Source of the DNA: the human T2T-CHM13v2.0 reference genome, Homo sapiens
NCBI RefSeq assembly: GCF_009914755.1
Contig: NC_060928.1
DNA length: 64,000 bases
Reading direction: 5' to 3' (one strand)
The notes beneath the pieces were generated by a model. It saw nothing but the letters and a program-made list of their open reading frames with translations. It had not been told where the DNA came from and searched no databases. The translations under genes and the position numbers were made by a program. This document shows positions 61,185-64,000 of this stretch, one piece after another (within the stretch, counting starts at the first letter, position 1; each line of letters starts with the position of its first letter).

Positions 61185-62154
61185 GTTTTATGCTATTTTA
61201 TCACATGAATATATTCATGTAGCCACCACTGCAATCAAGATACAGAAAAATTCCATCATACAAGGATGCCTCATGATACTCTTTCCTAGTTCATTTTTTG
61301 TTTGCTCCTTAAAAAAGAAAAATGATAAAGGAAAATCTTTTTTTTTTCTCTTTTCCTTGAGTAAAAGTTCTTCCTTGGGAAAAATTCCGCAATACCTTGG
61401 CATCTCTTCTCTACCCCTTTGGTGCACCTCCTTTAACTTGAGCACTTGTATTTCCCTGGCAATTTGCTCAGCTAAGTGATAGAAAAAAAGGAGTTGACTG
61501 AATTAATTCATACTTATACATAGGTGTGAATGACTCAAACGTCATTAACTCTGGCAGAGGAAGTTGCAGTTTTAAAAAGAAAATGTTTGTCAGCCCCACA
61601 TCATTTCTTCTAAACTACATTTTATGCAGTTTAATAAAGTGCAGTAAGATAATTCAGACAGTGTGCGGCAGGAAAATTTGGGGACAAACGTTATAAAATA
61701 AAAAGCCAGCTTCCTTGTCTTGAAATCTAACCTTTGATACTATCTCTTAATCTTTTAAGTGGGTACTGGTTTTTATCTTTTTTTTTTTTTTTGGTCTACT
61801 GTACCTTTGTGTTTTCTAGAAGCTCTGCAGCTTTTTCACAATGTCCCTTATCACATAAGCGTGGAAGAGATGAAAAAAGGAAGAGGGAAATGTGCAGCAG
61901 CAGATGTGATCCCAGTAAAGAGAACTGCAGCTATTTCCATTCCACCTTGTTATCACTTTCTTCATAACGCCCAACCTTCAGAACCAATGTATTATGCAAA
62001 GAACTCTTCCAGTATATTCCATTAGATGTGGCTGCTAGATATAAAATTATATTTCTGCTCTTAAAGACCTTACTATGTAAGGAAATAAGACTTACAGACA
62101 CTGAAATTATATAGTGCTGTAAGTCTGTATAAAGGGCTAAAAATTTAGTCCAAA

Positions 62155-62345
62155 AACATTAATCCATTACATAAATACTGAGTGTCTTTTATGGGCAAAG
62201 CCTTGTTCTAGGTGCTAGGGATACAGCAGCCAATAATACAAAATCCCTGGCCCATTGCAGCCTACGTTGTATTTGGGCAACGGGAAGACAATTTGTAATG
62301 AAATAAATAAATAAATGAATTTCAGATAGTTGTAAGAACTACAAA
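62155..62345 (-). mobile_element. L2 3' fragment
   Basis: aaatactgagtgtcttttatgggcaaagccttgttctaggtgctagggatacagcag-like antisense L2 end. Confidence 0.75.
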
Positions 62346-63399
62346 GGAATACAACCAGGAGAAGCTTCATATAAGAACTCTATAATAACTCTATCTTCAT
62401 GTAAGAACTCTATCTGTATTTTAAAGGAATAATAGAATTGGGGAAGCTGGAGCAAGTCTGGAAATGAGAATAAATGATACAATGAGAAAGAAGAGAAAGC
62501 TTTGCTAGGATACATAGATGCAGCAATGTTCAATAGAAAGTGTGCTTTAAAAAGCATTCACAGAATGTTTGTCTAGTAATGTGGACTAAGTTATTGCAGT
62601 TTCAACTGATAAATTAAAGAACAAACTTTCAAATGGCAATTTATCTTTCTGATTTCAAAGAAAGTATTTAATTGTTGTGGAGAAGGTAAGGCAGGTCATT
62701 CATTTTCATCCCTTTATTCTACATGCACATAACAGTAGTCTTTTGCAGGACTTTAAAAAAATTCACAGTTTTTGTCTTTCTACTTTCTGAGCACCTCAAC
62801 ATGTTTGGTGAAATTTGCCGCATTCAAGATGGTGCAGGTGGCTGCCTCGTTTTCTGTTATTCCAAGTTTTCAAGATTTTATTCAGCGTTGTTCCTGTGCC
62901 TAGGGAAAGGAGAGGAAGTATTTTTCTTTCTCCCTCTGGCACAGCACTGTGCATGCACAGCTCAAACTACTATGACCAGATCACACAGGTCAGTGACATG
63001 AATTTAAATGGGCCTCTGCTCTCTGGCTGGTGACCTTAACTACCACTATTTCTGTGTGAAAAAAACAAACAAGCAAAAAAAACACCATAGAAGCCATCAT
63101 ATGAAACAAGTTCTAGAATGTAACCTATTTGAGATGGGAGTTTTGCAATTTTGCAAAAACTTCAGTGAACACGAATATTTTTTTTCTTATTTTTTTTCCT
63201 CTGTACCTATTCCTTTCTCTGCTTGCCACCCTTCCCATTGTTCTTTCTTCCTGAGTTAACTCAATATTTGAAGCAGTAAGGACTCCTACTCTGAAGACAC
63301 AGACCGGGCCTTGGAGGAGCCTTGTGAGATAATGAAATCTTTCTCTGGGTGTTCAAATTTTCTCCAAACATCATAGGCTTTTGAGCCTGGAAGGTGTTC

Positions 63400-63535
63400 T
63401 ACTGAGCTGACTGATGGTGCCAGGTGACTTAATCTCTCTGGGCCTGTTTCCTCAGGTACAAAATGGAAATGAATGAAGCCTACCTTGAAGGGGTGTTACA
63501 AGGTTCCAATAAGATTAGGTATGTAAAAGTACTGT
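63400..63535 (+). mobile_element. MIR fragment
   Basis: caggtgacttaatctctctgggcctgtttcctcaggtacaaaatgg core. Confidence 0.75.
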
Positions 63536-63587
63536 CTAAGGATTTGAACAAAACAACTGCTTAATTTGCCTTAGTGCTTATCTAACC

Positions 63588-63808
63588 TAGTTGTTCTCAA
63601 ATGGGGGTTATTTTGCCCCTGCCAGATGGCATTTGGCAATGTCTGCATATGTTTTAGGTTGCTATAATTATTGGGGGGGTGCTACTAGTATCTAGTGAGT
63701 CAAGGCCAAGGATGCTGCTAAACATCCTACAACGCACACCATAGCCTTCCCCATAGCAAACCATTATGCAGCTCAAAATGTGCATAGTGTCACTGTTGAG
63801 AAACCCTC
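63588..63808 (+). mobile_element. MER20 hAT-Charlie DNA transposon
   Basis: tagttgttctcaaatggggg...catttggcaatgtctg...ggccaaggatgctgctaaacatcctacaa...gttgagaaaccct. Confidence 0.92.
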
Positions 63809-64000
63809 AGCTGGCCTTTGCTTGAACAATTTTCATGATAGGAAATTATTTCCTAGTGAGGCTAGCCATTCAATCACTGGAGAGTTACCTGAGAAAAAAC
63901 ATTTGTTCAGCCCAGGCAAAATCTGTAACTCTCACCTGCCAGCCAAGGTTGTGCTTTGTGCGACAGCAAAATAAGCCCATTCCTCTTCTTGTGACAGTCC

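Larger units (their letters stand above)
60640..61275 (-). mobile_element. L1MC-type 3' fragment interrupted by an L1MA piece and (GT)n
   Basis: agagtcacacagagttgtacgaaataacacagag...cacaatcagggaaatgacattgata; resumes ttattcagatttcaccagtttt...gtagccaccactgcaatcaagatacagaa. Confidence 0.8.

Noticed and set aside
62360-62416. Short repeats of taagaactctat (similar 10-12 bp repeats at ~4218 and ~4971)
   Set aside because: Common micro-duplications with no further structure.

Overview
AT-rich primate (very likely human) genomic DNA lying inside a minus-strand protein-coding gene that I recognise as TTC29 (sperm-flagellar TPR protein; in human it is on 4q31 next to POU4F2). Three frame-compatible coding exons with canonical AG/GT boundaries are present: 55506-55415 (92 nt), 41857-41734 (124 nt) and 25294-25066 (229 nt). 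The rest is intronic and rich in interspersed repeats: a full-length + strand L1PA7-like element, a 5'-truncated L1PA3/4, a near-full-length minus-strand L1PA8-like element, older L1/L2/MIR fragments, about a dozen Alus, a full-length Tigger1, MER5/MER8/MER20 and an MLT1-type LTR. There are no prokaryote-type features, and I see no clear new biological system. The most interesting signals are retrotransposon anatomy and its possible effect on TTC29: a candidate spliced L1 (SpIRE-like), an L1 antisense promoter aimed at an exon ~260 bp away, inverted L1s bracketing an exon, a 60-bp twin-primed micro-L1, and several recent templated duplications. Repeat subfamily calls come from remembered consensus features and are approximate.
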